Assembly: GCF_001194135.2 (NCBI RefSeq)
Contig: NC_068983.1
Coordinates: forward strand, 92,951,862 to 93,015,861
Length of the DNA: 64,000 nucleotides
DNA from: Octopus bimaculoides
Taxonomy: Eukaryota
Reading direction: 5' to 3'
Numbering within the stretch: position 1 is the first letter of the stretch; the number at the start of each line of letters is the position of its first letter. The position numbers were made by a program, and so were the translations under genes. The notes beneath the pieces were generated by a model. That model did no database searches, was not told where the DNA came from, and worked only from the letters and a program-made list of their open reading frames with translations. Shown here piece after piece: positions 61,776-64,000 of this stretch.

Positions 61776-61859
61776 GAAATAGTATTTTTTCCTTTGCCAC
61801 TGTGCACTGACATTTTCAGCTTGGAGTGGTCCTGACCCTATGAGTCATGGGTACATCTA

Positions 61860-61936
<77 letters not shown>

Positions 61937-62264
61937 TGAAAATACACACAGACACACACATTATTATCATCAGTATTTAATGTTCCATCCTGGTGAAGGT
62001 TGGATGGTTTAGGCTGGATGCCCTCCCTAACACCAACCATTTTACAGTGAGTACTGGTGTTGCTTTTGTACCACAGGTACTAGAGTGGTAGAGGAGCCAT
62101 GTAGCTACTCACATTCGTGGTAAAGTGTGAGAATGAATCAATAGTATCTCCAATGAGATAAATTGGAGGTTCAGTTAGGAATGGGAGTGGGGGAATGAAA
62201 TGCTCAATGTAATATATATGTATATGTGCATGTAGATACAAACACACACACATATACATACATA

Positions 62265-63150
62265 CAAAATTTGATGATATTGTAATCTCCTATGTTCAGT
62301 AACCACTTGATGTGTTAGTCAACAGTTAATGGTGTTGAAGAGCATAAAGGTTAAAGTTGTAGTTGAGAAAAAGTTAGCTGACATAGAGAACTGGAAAACC
62401 ATCTATACATAGGAAAACAGTTACCAGTATCATGATGATTCACGCAGGTATCAAAATGTCAACATCATGACTGCTGCTCAATGCTTTGTGAACACTGTAA
62501 AGACTGTAAAATGTGACATGGACAGCTGCAATGGAGATTATGAAGCTGTGGCCAGCAGAAAGGGATACAGCAAGTATTCTGACTGCATTTGCATATCAGA
62601 ATTCATCCAACAACTGTAGGAACAGGGCTCTATTCTGATGGCTATGTGAAGCTGCTGGATAATGTGGTCAAACCCTAACTGGAGAGGGATGCTGCTGGAA
62701 GACCATATGCATGGCAGCAGGATTCAGTTGCTTGCCATACCTCCAGAAAGAGTCAAAAGAGGTTGTTGGAGAACTCCTATGATTTCACCAAACCCAATTT
62801 CTGGTTTTTTATTTCCTCCGATTGCAATCCCATGGATCACATATGTCTGTGATGTGATTGAGAAAGACACCAAATGCTCTGCCTGCAAAACCAAGGATGA
62901 GCTGGTGACCAAGATCAAAGAGGTGTTTGAAGATCTTCCAAGGACACAATGAGGAACATATGTGCCAGGATTTGGCGCCATTTTGAGGCTGTGGTGGAAG
63001 CTGAGGGTGGCTACTTTGAATAAACTGTTATCTCCCAGCTATAATTTAATTGATACTTTTTGAATTTTTTAGAATACTTTCATTTTTAAATGGGATATTG
63101 TGTATTCTTTTCCTTTCATTTTAACTGTTGAATTTAGCCCAAACACCCTG
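62265..63150 (+). mobile_element. Internally deleted maT/DD37D-type Tc1-mariner transposon
   Basis: N-terminal piece NVNIMTAAQC..NTVKTV..DSCNGDYEAVASRK is joined directly to DGYVKLLDNVVKP..GRPYAWQQDS..CHTSRKSQK..DCNPMD..AVVEAEGGYFE*. The right end reads ...TTTAGCCCAAACACCCTG|TA (TIR plus TA); the left TIR is not recognisable. Confidence 0.82.
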
Positions 63151-63167
63151 TATATACATACATACAT

Positions 63168-63224
<57 letters not shown>

Positions 63225-63734
63225 TGAGAAATAGGTTGTTAAACATTTTATTATCCAAATTCCATAGAATAATCTTTCACAATGTTGCAAGAAAGTATTC
63301 CTAACCAGCCCAACCCTCGTATAATGAAATATCAGAGCAAATAGTTTTCAAAGAATTCCACAATAAAACATTTTTACAAGAAATATCTTTTTTTTTTACA
63401 ATTTGACATAATTTTGGTAGTTTTGAAGTTGTTTTAGCAATTATAGCCAAGGTCACTGTTGGTGCACTACAAGTGGTCATTCATCATCATTATTTGATGT
63501 CCACTGTATCGTGCTTGTCAAATGGGATTTGCTGAGGCAAATTTTCTACATTCAGTGTCATTCCTGTTATTGACCCTCACCTATTTCCAAGAAAAAATAT
63601 TTCTCCATGGACAAACATGTTACTACAGGTAACTGGAAATGAACAACATTGTATGATAAAGATGTTCATTTACAATTATCATGTAATATCAAGACAAGGC
63701 TGCACACCAACACATACACACACACACACACATA

Positions 63735-64000
63735 TCTATATATATAAAAATAAGAATGTGTGTCTGTCTGTCTGTCTGTCTGTGTGAATCCCTAAAACTC
63801 GAGAACTACGCAACCAATTTCATTCAAATTTTACACATGCCTTACTTAGGGTTCCAGTTGTGTTTTAGTCAAAAAACATTATTAACTTCTTGCAGAGTTC
63901 GAGCACACGGCAACATAATATCTCCTCCACTATTTAAGTATTACGTGTCTAAAGTGAAACAAAAACACTCATGTCAAATACTTTCACTTTAAAAATGAAA
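63735..64000 (+). mobile_element. 5' end of a non-autonomous Helitron-like element, running off the window
   Basis: A|TCTATATATATAAAAAT start (5' TC after A), a (GTCT)n tract, then GAGAACTACGCAACCAATTTCATTCAAATTTTACAC. A related block lies on the minus strand near 58800-58942. Confidence 0.6.

Overview
AT-rich, repeat-dense eukaryotic genomic DNA with three assembly gaps. The SINE, RTE and microsatellite landscape suggests a coleoid cephalopod such as Octopus (inference, not verified). One protein-coding gene crosses the window on the minus strand: a Neurexin IV / Caspr (CNTNAP)-family adhesion protein. Eight exons were reconstructed by hand (54645-54346, 52846-52676, 43763-43542, 39738-39616, 35501-35382, 30723-30538, 25292-25153, 22099-22003). 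All have AG/GT boundaries and splice into one open frame of 1359 nt (~453 aa): fibrinogen-like Cys-rich module, LamG, EGF, LamG. The N-terminal exons and the final LamG/TM/cytoplasmic exons were not found, so they lie outside the window, in a gap, or were missed. The rest is presumed intronic and full of degraded mobile elements: Tc1 and maT transposase remnants, three RTE LINE copies with a PHD finger inside ORF2, CR1-like and BovB-like LINE pieces, two R4/Dong-type fragments in (AAT)n within a stack of SINEs, Helitron/Helentron pieces, piggyBac-like ends, and an LTR-like segment with a tRNA-Trp primer-binding site. The most notable unexplained structures are several long intronic fold-backs around the exons, six consecutive phase-1/phase-1 exons, an extended and triplicated tRNA-Trp PBS, two head-to-head LINEs sharing a 5' breakpoint, and a higher-order minisatellite in the LINE 3' UTR. 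No CRISPR array, rRNA or intact tRNA gene is supported.
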